Notes: a model not told the origin generated them from the sequence alone. 64,000 nt of DNA from Eledone cirrhosa (GCA_964016885.1 OZ024748.1:55428001-55492000), one strand, 5' to 3'. Shown: positions 31,153 to 44,863, numbered from the stretch's first letter. Numbers and translations are program-made.

Positions 31153-31418
31153 TACAGTATATATTTATAAATATATATATAATATATATATTAGAAAGTG
31201 AGGTTGTTTTTACAAAATGAAAAATATCCGAGGTTTCTTACACGAGTGAAAGTATAAAGAAAAAAAGATGAAACCGAAAATGCAACTGGAGTCTTATTTT
31301 TAAAAATATATATATATTATTTGGTTCCTTTACCGGTTTTGTAGTTCTTCTGCTTTTCAAAAGTAGAGTTGAGATGGACGGTCTGTGGTTTTTCTCACAT
31401 CAGATGTGAGAAAAACCA

Positions 31419-32010
31419 CCTCAACCAATTCTAGCGGCTTCCTGCTTACATCAGTGATCCCCTCTGGCTTCTCAACATTCTCTAGCAGATATTTTGTTTT
31501 AGTCTCATTCATTCTCAGCCCCACACTCATCGACACAGTCTCAACCTCCTGCATCAAATCCTCTGCCTCCTTCACTGTATTTGTCTCCAAAACTATGTCG
31601 TCGGCACATTCAGCATCTGATATCTTTTTCGCGTTAACTCTTCTGCTCTGAGCCGGTGCTATACTAAAGCCAGAGTCCTGGTGTTTCTCCAGTGCAAGGC
31701 GCATACAATAGTCCACTATGATGATAAAAAGGTAGGGAGCCAATGTATATCCCTGGAGCACTCCAGCCAGTATCTCAAAGAACTGTCATCCTATCAGGTG
31801 TAATAACTTGGGCTTTGGTGTTGGTGTAGAGCAGTGATATCAGGTCCACTATCTTCTTGGGGATTCCATAAGCCTGTAAGATTTTCATCAGGCAGTGACG
31901 GTCCACAGAATCAAAGGCCTTCCTGAAGTCAATGAAAGCCATGACCGCAGGAAGGCACTTTGCTCTAGCTCCCACTAATATCCTCCTCAGCATCAGGATA
32001 TGACTGGTGG
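31419..32010 (-). pseudogene. RTE-clade LINE reverse-transcriptase core (frameshifted)
   Basis: FIDFRKAFDSV, LQGYTLAPYLF, ADDIVL and GLRMNETKTKY motifs in ORFs 31775-32071 and 31357-31761. Confidence 0.92.
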
Positions 32011-33333
32011 GAGACAGTGATGTGAGTGCGGAAGAGTTCCATGAGGAGGTGTGTAGAGCTGTCAACACCACACTTCAATGCACATCTGAGTAAGGAGGGC
32101 AGGGAAGATCCTTGCTGGTACTTCCATAACAACACCAACCGAAATGGAAGACTACTGAGAGACACCCTGCTGGAGGCGAACTTGATAGCGACCAACCTAA
32201 GGTTTAGGAAGAATCCGGGGAAGATGTGGACCTACATCTCAGATATGCACCTGTCCAAGTCCCAGATTGATTTCATTCTGGTGAGGAAAAAGTGGCGGAA
32301 TAGTGTTCTGAATACAGAACCATACAACTATTTCAGTACACTGGGTAGTGACCACCTGCTTGTTATGAGTGACGTCCGGGTGAGCTTAAGAAAGAGCAAT
32401 GCTCAGCCCCGGAGAGTAATCTATGACTGGGGAGCTTTCAAGGAAGATGATAAGCTACAGGAAAGGTTCAAAGTGGAAGTGAGGAACAGGTTCAGTGCTC
32501 TGTGTGGAGAGACAGAGGAGAAAGAGATTGGATGGACTGAGGAGAGTGTGACGAGGAGGTACGAGCACTTCACCAATGCAGTGGCGGAAGCAAGTGAGGC
32601 CCTGGTGCCGAGGAGAAAGAACAAAAGGAAGCACGTCAGCTCTGCAGACCCAAAAGTGTGTGCAGCCAGAGAACACCAGAAAGCTGCCAAGGACCAATTC
32701 TATGCTGATCCTACGGAGGAGAGTATGGAGACTGTGGAGGTGATGAGGGAAGAGAGGAGGCACTGATAGAGAAGATCAGAACTGTGGAGAGAGCAGTTGA
32801 CAGGTCAGGATGTAAGGAGAGCTGGATGATCATCAACAAGATCACAGGGAGGAAGAGGTGTTCGAGTCAGATCCAGGGAACAGGGCCCGAGGATAGGTAG
32901 AGGGAATTGCTAGACCATTTTAGGACCCTACAAGGAGAGCCACCCTCCACAGCCCAGAGCACTGGAGAGATCAGGCGGCTGTTTGAAGAACTAGTTATTG
33001 ACACAGAGCCCTTCACCAGAGAGGGCTTCAGAGAGCCAAGATGAGGATCAAGGAGGGCAAGGATCATGGAGAAGATGGAGTGGCATCAGAGGTGATGAAG
33101 AGGTGTGATTTTGATGATATCATCCTGGAATTCTACAACCAGGCACTGGAGAAAGGAGTTGCCCCGAATCAGTGGAGCATCAGTAACATCGTCCCAGTGC
33201 CGAAGAAGGGATATCTCTCTAATACCAACAACTACAGGAGGATCTCACTGACGTCACTTGTGGCAAAGACCCTCAACGGGATGATTTTTAACAGGATCCA
33301 GCCCGAGATGTAGAAGAAGCTCAGGGACAACCA
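32011..33333 (+). pseudogene. RTE-clade LINE APE-endonuclease C-half, linker and RT N-terminus (stops and frameshifts), inverted relative to 31419-32010
   Basis: FNAHL, NRNG.LL, SQIDFILV, SDHLLV (APE motifs); [13 protein letters not shown]...[20 protein letters not shown] (RT N-terminal motifs). Confidence 0.92.
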
Positions 33334-34006
33334 TTGCATACTTGACTGTCACCACAGAATATGTAACCTGAAGATTGCGAAAGCATGAAAGTACTTGTTC
33401 AATTAACACTTAACATTTAATATTCTACCATACTATTTCATTCTAATACCATTATAAATTTTAAAGGATTGTAAATAAAACGACATCAGACAAAGTTGGA
33501 ATTCCTTTTATTAATATAATCTTCTACACACAATCATACACACCCGTGTATATTTATCTATCTATATATATATATATAGATAGATAGATAAATATACACG
33601 GGTGTGTATGATTGTGTGTAGAAGATTATATTAATAAAAGGAATTCCAACTTTGTCTGATGTCGTTTTATTTACAATCCTTTAAAATTTATAATGGTATT
33701 AGAATGAAATAGTATGGTAGAATATTAAATGTTAAGTGTTAATTGAACAAGTACTTTCATGCTTTCGCAATCTTCAGGTTACATATTCTGTGGTGACAGT
33801 CAAGTATGCAATGGTTGTCCCTGAGCTTCTTCTACATCTCGGGCTGGATCCTGTTAAGAATCATCCCGTTGAGGGTCTTTGCCACAAATGACGTCAGTGA
33901 GATCCTCCTGTAGTTGTTGGTATTAGAGAGATATCCCTTCTTCGGCACTGGGACGATGTTACTGATGCTCCACTGATTCGGGGCAACTCCTTTCTCCAGT
34001 GCCTGG
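33139..34006. repeat. 868-bp near-perfect palindrome centred on (TA)n
   Basis: Paired positions sum to 67145 with no indel at the points checked. About 3 mismatches seen. Confidence 0.95.
33365..33399 (+). ncRNA. Minimal hammerhead motif (family H5); mirror copy at 33746-33780 on the minus strand
   Basis: AAC-CTGAAGA-T.TGC(gaaa)GCA.T-GAAA-GTAC-TT-GTT: palindromic AGTACT stem III as in PLE minimal HHRs. The closing pair of stem II is non-canonical (U-U). Confidence 0.6.
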
Positions 34007-34239
34007 AGATACATACATATATATATATATGTATATATGTATGTATATATATATATGTATGTATATATATATATGTATGTATATATGTATGTATATATAT
34101 ATATGTATGTATATATATATATGTATGTATATATATATGTATATATATATGTATATATATATGTATGTATATATATATGTATATATATATGTATATATAT
34201 ATGTATATATATATATATGTGTATATATATATAAATGTG

Positions 34240-34272
<33 letters not shown>

Positions 34273-35497
34273 GTATGTATATATATGTATATATATATAT
34301 ATTTGTATATATATATATATATATTTGTATATATATATATATATATGTGTATATATATATATATATATGTGTATATATATATATATGTATGTATATATAT
34401 ATATGTATGTATATATATGTATATACATTTGTGTGTGTACGTACGTATGAGTGTGTGTGTGTGCGTAGGTATGTGTGCATGTTTAAACCTGTGCTCAGCA
34501 AAGAAGAAAGACTTGTTGTAGTATAATTAATGAGTTTGTACTTAATCAAAAGGGTAATTATTAAAATAATCATTACATCAGACCGTTTTATGTTTCCTAC
34601 AGCAATGTTTACATAATTTCCTAGTTATTTCATTAATTCTATTGTTCACACTGAGGTGGCTATTTTGCATATATACACTTAAAATGGAGGTTTATTTAGG
34701 TAGCTAACAATACTGATTTAAACTTTATACGTAGCACTAGAATATTTGAAATATTTTAAATAATTGGCTCATGTAGTCTTCTTCCTTTAAATAAATAATA
34801 AAGCTTGCTGCCAGCATGCATCAACTGTTTAGGAAATGAGCCATTCCTAATTAAATACTTATGTATATATAAATATTTTTGTATATACACTGAAATTTAT
34901 TTTAATATCGTTATGACGTTGTAAAAATTCCATGTGTGAATAATGAGTAAATAGTACAAGGATTTACAGATGATAAAAACTTGAATACAGACTGTTCGTA
35001 TACAAATACTTCTAGCATCTGTAATACACGAAATATAAATTTGTTTACGTAGTGTGCATAGTTACAATCTGTTACTATGAGTAATTACTATTTGCCTTTC
35101 AGCTAAACAACTTTATAGGATGTATAATTTACTCGTATTTCATTACGTTGATTTGCGATACGTGAGTAAGAAAAGTAATGACAAACGTAACTGACAAATT
35201 AATAGACGGAAACTTGGAAGACGAAAATCTACAGAGGGAATAGTTTTCTTGCTAGTATGATCGGCCTAATTGGACATCATGTTAATACCACCACCTGGCC
35301 ATTGAATAGCCTTTACAATGTGTAAACTATTGCAAATATTCTAGCCACCTGTCTGATGTGACGGTAACTCTAATTATTTTTATCAGTTTCAGGTGTACGG
35401 AAAATAACTATAGATGATCCTCTTAGTCCTGTGTTAAAGACATAAATAATAAAATTAATATAAAATCCTCATATAAAACGATAACAATTGTTATTAT

Positions 35498-35680
35498 TGT
35501 TTCTACTTTTGGCACAAGGTCAGCAATTACACGGTACATTACTGGTACTTTATTTTCTCGACCCCGTAAGGATGAAAGGCAAAGTTAACCTCGACGGGAT
35601 TTGTATTCAGGTCGTAAAGGGATGTAACTGTGTTGGAAAGTATGGTGTCCTACCCTCTACCGATACTGCCAATTCACTGC
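35498..35680 (-). mobile_element. tRNA-derived SINE (short-tail form)
   Basis: Reverse complement of the consensus. Confidence 0.88.
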
Positions 35681-37473
35681 CGCAATAATTGTTATAATAT
35701 CCCGATAACAATATGTGTTATAAAACTTTCTTCCCGTTGGTTTATGTTCTCTTTCTTTGAAGAATTTGAAAAAAACGTATTGGTTAATTCCGTATATAAA
35801 TATATTGGTATGCCACAGGATAAGAAAAAAATATTGAACTGCATCAGTAACAAAGAGAAAAAGAATGGTGAAAAGTGTTCAACACACGAACACTTTCATA
35901 CTACACACAACTAAATATAAGAATGTGCTGCATGGTTCCCAATTAAATGGTAATATGTCGTACGCAGGTCTATGTATATGTAAATTGCACATGCAAGATA
36001 CAACAATTATTTACGGCATATAGTTCTGCTCCGACAGTCATGAGCTGGTATGTGACATAGTAACCACGGAACGTATATCAATGATATAAAGCAAATTTCA
36101 AGCTGTAAGCGATCTCACGGTATTGTTCATCATTGTATGATGTTGGTCGTACAATGCAATTAATGATTCTTTCCTAAGCTTCCATTGCTGCTCCAAATTC
36201 ATAACAAAGAATTAGGGATTAAATCTTCAAACGAAAACTATAATACACACAACTAAACACCCTGAACTCAGGATATATCACCTACTTTTGACGTTTCTCT
36301 GTCAGACCCTATATTTGAAAAGGCTCAGAAATTTCGGTGGTATACAAATGTGATTAAAAAATACATGTTACCAGACAATTAAGACTATTTTAGACCACAC
36401 GTGTACTCAATCTTGTGGCAAAGCATGTATTCAGATATATTTCAATCAACTCATGTCGATATATTAATTTCTAAATTAGGTACAAGGTCACAATATATTT
36501 TTGAGAATGGGAGGGGTATAATCAATTAAATAATCTTGGTACTTGATTGATGCCTTATTACATCGATTTCATGAGGCAGAGGAACAATTCTATGCATATA
36601 AAACGTCAATATATCGATATTTAATAAATAACTACAAATCACAAGGGAAGAAAAATCCCGTAAAACTAACAGCTAATGTAAATTACATGACAACGTTAAG
36701 GTAACGTAATGCTAATCAATATATTTTGATATGAATATTTATTTAAGATAACACATATTTAAATATATATTTATGATAATCAGCTATTTATATAACAAAT
36801 TTCTAATGAATATTTATTCATGTTGATAAAATTAAACAAGAAATGAAATATAATTACATAGAAATCAAAGGAGTGTACTGAAGTAGGGTGAAACACCGAG
36901 AAAGTGGAAGTTGTGAATAAAATAAGTATGAGGTTCTGTGTTATTGCTATCATATACACAACTTAATGCGAAATATGTTTTGTACCTTAAGTGAATTTCT
37001 ATGGTCGTTCAACTTACTAGACACAGAGGTGAAATCCTCTGAAATCTTGTTTTAATATCTACGAAAAGAAACATGTAGGAAACATTAAATAATATAATCC
37101 TAAGTACATTTAAAACGACGGAACAAAACCACAAAATAATATTTGATGTATGATAGTACACATTGAGAAGTAAATGTAACGTTACTGACAGATTTTATAA
37201 CAAGTTTAGAAATATTTATTCCATTGAAATATATAACATAAGTATTTAACAAAAATAATATTACTTATCAACATTTTTGTTCCCTTTCAAACTAGTTCTA
37301 TATTCAGGTTATAGTCAAGCCTATGTCTATATACACTTGCCTTCTGGTAGAGTCATAGTGGCACCTTCGTATCATACAGTGTATGTTGGACATTTTCAAA
37401 ACCTCACGCTGCTCACAGCTCTCCATATCGGAACACACCCGGTTTCTTTCGAAGATTGGGAGAGTGAGAATCT

Positions 37474-37513
<40 letters not shown>

Positions 37514-38139
37514 TCGTCCCCCAGTACTAAAACAAATTATTATTTAGGTAGAGCTTTTAGCAGACAATGAGTGAAAGATTCAAATCATTAACAATGAACT
37601 TTCAACTACCTGTGTCATTATAACTAATTAAATCGACAGTAAGTGGTTAATATATTGGATATCAAACATGAAGCTGTCATTCGCCATAATTGTATATGAA
37701 GCTCCTTCATTTAGATGAGTTACATAATAAAAGAGCAGGTTCTAACACAATCAGAGATTTGTGTCTCTACGTGTGAGTTGTGTGTGTTTATGGGAAATAT
37801 TTGATAGAAGAGCAGTCGCATTTAATATCAAGGAAATTTCGCTCAAAATTACTGACCGATACCAGGTATTATATAAATGTAGATAATTATGTCTTCTTTC
37901 TGTGGATGATAGCTTTGTCTGTTGCTTTAATTCATTTCTTAAGCTTGTACATAAGCAAATCCCTTTACAATTTGAATTAATGAACTAATTACTTCGTATC
38001 AATGATGTAAAATTTTACCCACTCCAACAACGACTCATCTGCAGTACTGTTAGATATTCCAACTCTAATATGGAAAAACTTGATACCTATAGTAGTTATA
38101 TAGTAGCTATATAGGTAAGTTACTTGGGGTGTGCGTGTG

Positions 38140-38305
38140 TATTGGACCCCCAAATTGTTGGCCTTGCGCCTAAATCAGAAACCGTTATTTATGGTACTGG
38201 TATATAATTGTTTCCACTTTTGGCACAAGGACAGGAATTATCCCAGTACATTACTGGTACTTTATTTATCGATCCCGTAAGGATGAAAGGCAAAGTGAAC
38301 TTAGA
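38140..38305. mobile_element. SINE tail (+) facing a SINE 3' half (-)
   Basis: AATTGTTGGCCTTGCGCCTAAATCAGAAAC, then TTTGGCACAAGG...GGATGAAAGGCAAAG. Confidence 0.75.
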
Positions 38306-39736
38306 CAGTAAAGTCCCGGAAAGCTCAGATTTTGACGATGAATGTTCTAGCTGTTCGATCAAGGGCAAGATCCTGAAATCAACATGCAAGGAACTAAGCA
38401 TTCTATAGCCACTAGTATCCTCAACGTAATGTTTATAGATATTATACGTGGCACTGTTCAACTACAGTTCATCCGACGGGTTTCCGAACTGCACCTGTCT
38501 ACCTAATTTCATTTACAATGTAAGGGTCGAAGCAAAGCTATGGAAAAAGACACTAGCTCAAGATGCCACCTACTTTAACCATCTTAGTATCGTACAGTTA
38601 CTGTATCATCAATTTTCTACTTGACATTTATACCTTATTTTGTATACACAATTTCGCAAAAGTCTTAAGTTATTAAACCTCACTCTACAACAACTAGTCG
38701 CTGTTCTATCACCCACAAGCAATAAGAATACAAAACTAAATCACGAGAGGAACAGAAATTAATCTGAAGAGAGATTTAAATTACTATTTAAGTCACTATA
38801 TGATTCTTATTTTATATTGTGCACAGAAATTAAAAAAGAAATTAGATTGAAGCTAATTTGTAATGGATGTAGAATCGTGAAGCAACATGCTGCGATTGCT
38901 TGCATTAATGATTCCGATGAAAGAGGTTGTTTAACCTGCTAGAAATATAACACAAATACTTGTGAAATCTCAACATAGTATCTGATTAAGGGAACAGCAG
39001 ATCAGCTAAAACAGCCCTGGAAGATCTTGAAAGTCTCAGCAGGAAGATCTTCGATTATGCACGTATTTTACATTCAGCATTAAGCAACAATGGTAACAAC
39101 AAAGACAACATCAGTAGAAACTACGTCGACAACCCCGATAGTTAATAAAAGTACCTAATACAATTACATACATATATCCTGGAGCCAAAACACATGCAGT
39201 AGGGATTTCTTGAAGCTGTGTCTCCAGGATATGTGTGATACCCACTTACCATTACACACAAGCAGAAAAAAAAATGTACAATGCTGATAACGGATATTAG
39301 AATCCTTAGAAGGCACGAAATGAAGTTAGATAAATTAAGAAGTAATTGAAGCTTTAGATGAATAGTAAGACCGTATATTTTATTAACTGAATGTGTAGAG
39401 AAGCCTCGGTAAGAGATAAACAACTTGGGTTTATATATTACTGTATTGTTATATTCCCGTTGCTGAATGACTGATTATATTATAAGAATGCCGAGAGATA
39501 GATAACCATGTACGTCAACACTGTATAAATAACAATTATATTTAGTAAATAAAATGTTGTGGAAGGGAGAGTTGTTCATATAATATGGCTATTTAGAAAT
39601 ATAATGAATGATTTCATAAAACAATATATATATAAATATTCATACAACTGCACACACGGTTACCTACATATACGCATGAATAAAGACGTACATAAAAAAC
39701 AAATAAACAAACTTAAATACTTACATACATACACAC

Positions 39737-40090
39737 ATGATGGCTGAAACTCGCTTTTGAGTAATGCCATAGCTTGATACTTAAGCATGAGCATCATGGA
39801 CGTGACGTTTTAGTTCTGCTAAGGACATGTCACATAGCAAGTAATGCCTGTGCTTGAAGTGAGGAAGGCTTTGCACGGTGTCAATCCCACTCTCTGAGCA
39901 TCGAAAACACTACCTGAAAAGGAGCACTGGACAACATCATCGGATGCTTCCGAAGCCGCAGGTTTGTTTATGAGAGTTTCCCTTTCCTAGAAAGGTGTTG
40001 TGGGGTTGCCGGTTTATTCGCCGACGACCCGACCATGAGACAGGTTGTAATGGGTTACATGTTACCAGTAACACTTGAGAGCGACTTGAC
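39737..40090 (-). mobile_element. Non-autonomous RTE-derived element, tail type 2, internally deleted
   Basis: Reverse complement shows TACTGGTAACATGTAACCC..CAACCTG..ATGGTCGGGTCGTCGGCGA, TTCTAGGAAAGGGAAACTCT and CTCATGCTTAAGTATCAAGC. Confidence 0.8.
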
Positions 40091-40956
40091 ATAAATACAT
40101 ACATACATACATACTGGTATAGACGAAACAAGTCTATCTACATGAGGCAGACAACACCATACACGTTGTCAAGTATCTTCACGAGAAGTATACGCTGAAA
40201 GAGGAACAAAGTTACAGGGCGCTACTATAGTGAATGAGTGGATGAAAAGTTGGATGCCTATAAACTGAAACCATGCATGGCTAGGTTATCAGGAGACTTC
40301 AAAATGAGAGTAATATAAATAACGAAAGCAGTCTCCCCTGGACCAACCGCTGGGATATTAGTCCAGCTAAAACACAAGTAATTAGTTCTAAAATCAAAAC
40401 TGTTGCTTCGGAAATAATTTAACTGGATTGTCAAAACCAAACGGTGACTTTCGATCAATACAATTCTGTTCTTTATATCAGTGTCTTTCAAATTAGATCT
40501 TTACAATTCGCCTGTGATAGTTTTTTTTTCTGATAAACGTTTGCATGCTCAGCTAATGTCTGAAAAAGTGTGAGGAAGCTGTGCATGAAAACTAACTTCC
40601 TATCATTCACGTTGTTCATAGTCCTTTTTTACTTGGGCTCGATGTCCATCGTTATACTAGCGGGATATATAGTTTCCATCTCCTCTTTAGACATGTTCTA
40701 ACAATCTTCCTATAAACGTATCATGTTATACTAAATAAACAACATTTATAAAATATAAATATCTCTGCTCCCAAAAATTATTTAACACTTTCGTTGCTTG
40801 CCTAAACGCGTTACAGTGAAATTGTATTGTAGAAATTCTCAATGTTTCCAATAAATCCACAAAAATATATATTTATCTATACACGCATACGTAGTAGATA
40901 CATACACACACACACCCAAACACTCTCAAATATACGAATTGAGTGTATGAATATAT

Positions 40957-41056
40957 AAGGGTGTCCCAAAACAATGTATACACACTTTGATCACCTGTAC
41001 CGGCAGTATTTATTATAATACACTGCCCTTATGCATACATTTTTTGGGACATCCTG
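40957..41056. mobile_element. Tc1/mariner-type MITE
   Basis: TIRs AGGGTGTCCCAAAAC.ATGTAT / ATACATTTTTTGGGACATCCTG, flanked by TA. Confidence 0.75.
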
Positions 41057-41138
41057 TATATATATGTATATATATAGATAGATAGATATATATAGATATA
41101 GATATATAATACCTAAATAGTCTTTAACAGTTATTAAA

Positions 41139-41231
41139 ATCATGCACATGTAAATAACTAACTATTAAAATTTACATATATTTGTGTATTTACATACATA
41201 CGTGCGTGTGTGTGTGCCATGTCTGTATGTA

Positions 41232-41289
<58 letters not shown>

Positions 41290-41382
41290 TACATACAGTC
41301 ATGGCACACACACACGCACGTATGTATGTAAATACACAAATATATGTAAATTTTAATAGTTAGTTATTTACATGTGCATGAT
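41139..41382. repeat. 244-bp palindrome centred on (TA)n
   Basis: Positions sum to 82521. One mismatch seen (41222/41299). Confidence 0.95.
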
Positions 41383-41987
41383 GTCAGGTCACCAGTTGGT
41401 ACTACTGGTAACATGTATCCCAGTACAACCTGTGACATGGTCGGGTCGTTGGCGACTAAACTGGCAACCCCACCAAGGTTTCTTGGTGAGGAGGGTGACT
41501 TTGGACATCCTGCAGGACTAAAAACAAAACCTGTCAAAGGGCAAAGGAGCTCTTAAGAGTCAATGGCCATCCAAAGTCACCGGGAGAGATGACCCCTTAG
41601 CCTTTGTCAAGGCAGAATTCTAGGAGAAGGAAAACTCTGATATAACACCTGCAAACCTGATGGTATCCAATGATGTTGACTTGTTCTCCTTTTTGGTAAA
41701 TATCATCTTGGTTAAGAGAGTGGGACTGTCTTTGCGCAGTGCTTCTGCTCACTATAAAAGCTTCGCGGCACAGGCATTGCTTTATATCTGGAGATCTCTC
41801 GCCACTTGTCGTCAGATGGTACCATGGGCCAGCACTATCTGTCAATAATTGTCACAAGTGTAGTGTTTGTACCAGAGTTTTCAAGTCGCTGGCTGGGTTA
41901 AAAAGTCACACTCGTTCAGCGCATCGCTAGGGGTTCTCCTACATGGATATAAAGTAGTGGCCGTACTCGAAAACGAGTTGGCAGGCA

Positions 41988-41991
<4 letters not shown>
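41383..41991 (+). mobile_element. Most complete non-autonomous RTE-derived element, tail type 3, retaining a C2H2 zinc-finger remnant
   Basis: RTE 5'UTR-like TTCTAGGAGAAGGAAAACTCTGAT. The 3' part translates CSVCTRVFKSLAGLKSHTRSAHR* (41859-41930), like RTE ORF C-terminal zinc fingers. Terminal CTCG-AAAA-CGAG hairpin. Confidence 0.82.
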
Positions 41992-42055
<64 letters not shown>

Positions 42056-43064
42056 ATGCACATACACACATACAGACATTATATATATATATATATATAA
42101 AGAACTAGAGGGTGAGAAAACGTTGGATGGAGAGGGAAAGGGGGAGAGAGAACGTAGTCGTGTCTCGCCTCTTATTTAATTATTTCCTTCAATTTCAGCC
42201 TGCAGCTACAAGGAGAAGTAAAATTAACAACATTAACTTTATCCAATTTCTTTCCACCGAATCATCATTTCTTGGTCAACTAAATGTGAACGGATGCAAC
42301 TTAGCAAGCCTAAAATCGTTGTATTTTTGCGCGTTTTTCCCTGAAGGAAGATGCAAGTTATTAAACTCACAGCGTTTTGTAGATATGCTTGTACGCATAA
42401 AAATATACATTTAGATGTATATTTGTGTGAAGTGTGTGCGAATGTATGTCTGTATGTATGTATGTATGTATGTATGTATGTATGTATGTATGTATGTATG
42501 TATGTATGTATGTATGTATGTATGTATGCATGTATGTATGTAAGCATGTATGCACGTATGTATATTTGTATGAATTTATATATGTTTGTATGTATATATG
42601 TATTTATGTATGTATACTTTTTTCTAGTTCTATATATAATATGCCTCAGCAATAGAGAAAGAGACGGTTTCTAATCCTGAAACAGGACTGCTTCATTTCA
42701 ATTTAGACAATATACACTGGATTGGTTTGTGTGTATCTATGTATGTATATATGTATAGAAGTATCTATGTATATATATAAACATTTATCTATCGAAGCAT
42801 ATATACCCCTGCATATGTGAATTATATGTCTCGATTTACGTATACGATTGTATACACCTTTGTACGTATATATCTGTATACACTTATCCATTACAGGCCA
42901 AACCTCAATATATTTAAAATATTACCACAGTTCCATTAATATTATCAGACATTCGTCTTATAATGTGAGCTCCTTAATTTGACACGTCTTTTCTGGTTTC
43001 ATTATGTCCAACACTTTATTTTGCCAATGTAGTTTTCTTTAAAACAAATTGGTTAAAATGTCAT

Positions 43065-43435
43065 CAACATCATCATGAGGTACCAGGTCTGTTCAAAACA
43101 TCAGTTATCATAGCTCTCCAGTCTTTCCTGTTGTAAGTGTTCCGGATAAGGTCGTTCTTTCTCGACCTATTTTCGTTGACGCATTTGTTCAGGCTGTCTT
43201 TAAATGTTGTTGTTTGTCTTCCTTGTCTCCCCTTTCCAGTGATCTTGCCACAAAGAATCAGCTTCTCCAAACCATACCTTCTGTTTATGTGCCCAATGCT
43301 TTTCAAATTGCGTCTGTCTAATAGTACAGGCAAGAGATTATTCCTGAAAGTATAAGGAATTTATCCTTGGTTTTCTTTACCGTCCAAGTTATGTTGAATA
43401 TTCTCCGGATGAAGCACATTTCAGTGGATTCCAGT
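43065..43435 (-). mobile_element. RTE (BovB-like) LINE 3' fragment
   Basis: LKSIGHINRRYGLEKLILCGKITGKGRQGRQ...DSL...R.DWRAMI matches the RTE C-terminal GH..R..LE.....GK..G.R..GR pattern. Ends in (TGA)n. Confidence 0.85.
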
Positions 43436-44498
43436 CAATATACTCAGAAATCTAAACATATTGTCGAGGTTGAGTATCTCGATATTTGTCATATATGGTT
43501 TCTCTTTTTCATTTTTCTTCATTTTTAACATTAGGTTGACATCTGATTGAAATTATATTTTTATTACGTGAGAGTTAAGCGTGTGATTGTTACATTGTTT
43601 GGTTTTTGTTGTGATTCGAGTGTTTTCTGTGTGTGATATGTATATATCTCATGTGTATACATTCTGTTTCTTAGTATCACATCATGATATCTGTTCTGTA
43701 ACGCCTATAATTTAAAAAAAAAGGTTTCAACAAGGAATTTCCACTAGTATTCTTTCATATCCTGAACGAGTATGCCGTCTAGACACATTTAATCTTAAAT
43801 TGTTTAAATTCAGCACAGTCATTTCTTCCGGATACCATTGTATATTGTTTTGGACACTAGTTCCTCTTTAGGTAACTACTGAGTGTCAGACCTTGTGTGT
43901 TATTTTCTTGTTGGTGTTAATTGCAGTGAAACGTCATCGGCTGACATGGAAATGATTTACAGGTATTCATATCACATTTGTGCGTCAGGTATTTTGTTGT
44001 TGTTATTCTGTGCCCTGTTCCTACAATTCAAAAGCCTATCTTTCAAAGTGATATCAAATATCTCTGTTGTTATGTGAAACATACCAACAGAGATATATAT
44101 GACCCTCATGATATATGACCGTCTACCGATAATCAGAGAATCTTTATCTGACGTTTTGATACGGTAGAGCACTGCAATTTCTTTGAGCGTGAATCTGTGG
44201 TCATCAGAAAAAAATAGGTTCTGATTACTACCTAACCAACTCCCATGATGATATGTCCTTCATGTTTGAAGATGCGAACTATGGATTCATTTTGACTCGC
44301 CTTTCATTAGTAGATGTTCTTCACAACATATATAACTGTTATCTTAGATAGCCGAGGTGAAATATGGACATGGTATTGAACTTCTAATATCTAATGTTTG
44401 AAAACAAGACACCTAACGATTTCTTCTATCTTAGTGACTATAGGCTCAGATTTCATTTGTATACATATATGCATATGTTTGTGTATATTTATAGCTAA

Positions 44499-44547
<49 letters not shown>

Positions 44548-44676
44548 AACATATATACATAAATATATATATATAATATATATATATATGATATATATAT
44601 ATAATATATAAATATAAACATATATATATATAAACATATATACATACATATATAATATATATATATATATATATAT

Positions 44677-44863
44677 AATTGTTTCTACTTTAGGCACAAG
44701 GCCACCAATTAACCAGTGCATTACTGGTACTTTATTTTATCGACCTCGTAACGATGAAAAGCAAAGTCAACCTCGGCGGGATTTGAACTCAGATTGTAAA
44801 GGGACGTAACAGTGCTGGAAAGTATGGCGTCCGACCCTCTACCGATACTGCCAATCGACCGCC

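Noticed and set aside
41383-41470. Possible HDV-like ribozyme at the 5' end of the RTE-derived element (CCAGT...GG-TCG(ttgg)CGA-CTAA-ACTGG gives P2/P4/J4-2-like parts)
   Set aside because: I could not assign a P1 helix or a proper P3/L3. RTE 5' ends can carry HDV-like ribozymes, so a descriptor search on the family consensus is still worthwhile.
41859-41930. C2H2 zinc finger as a host zinc-finger gene exon
   Set aside because: It is a single finger inside a repeated element, duplicated at 22590, and matches the RTE ORF terminal finger position.
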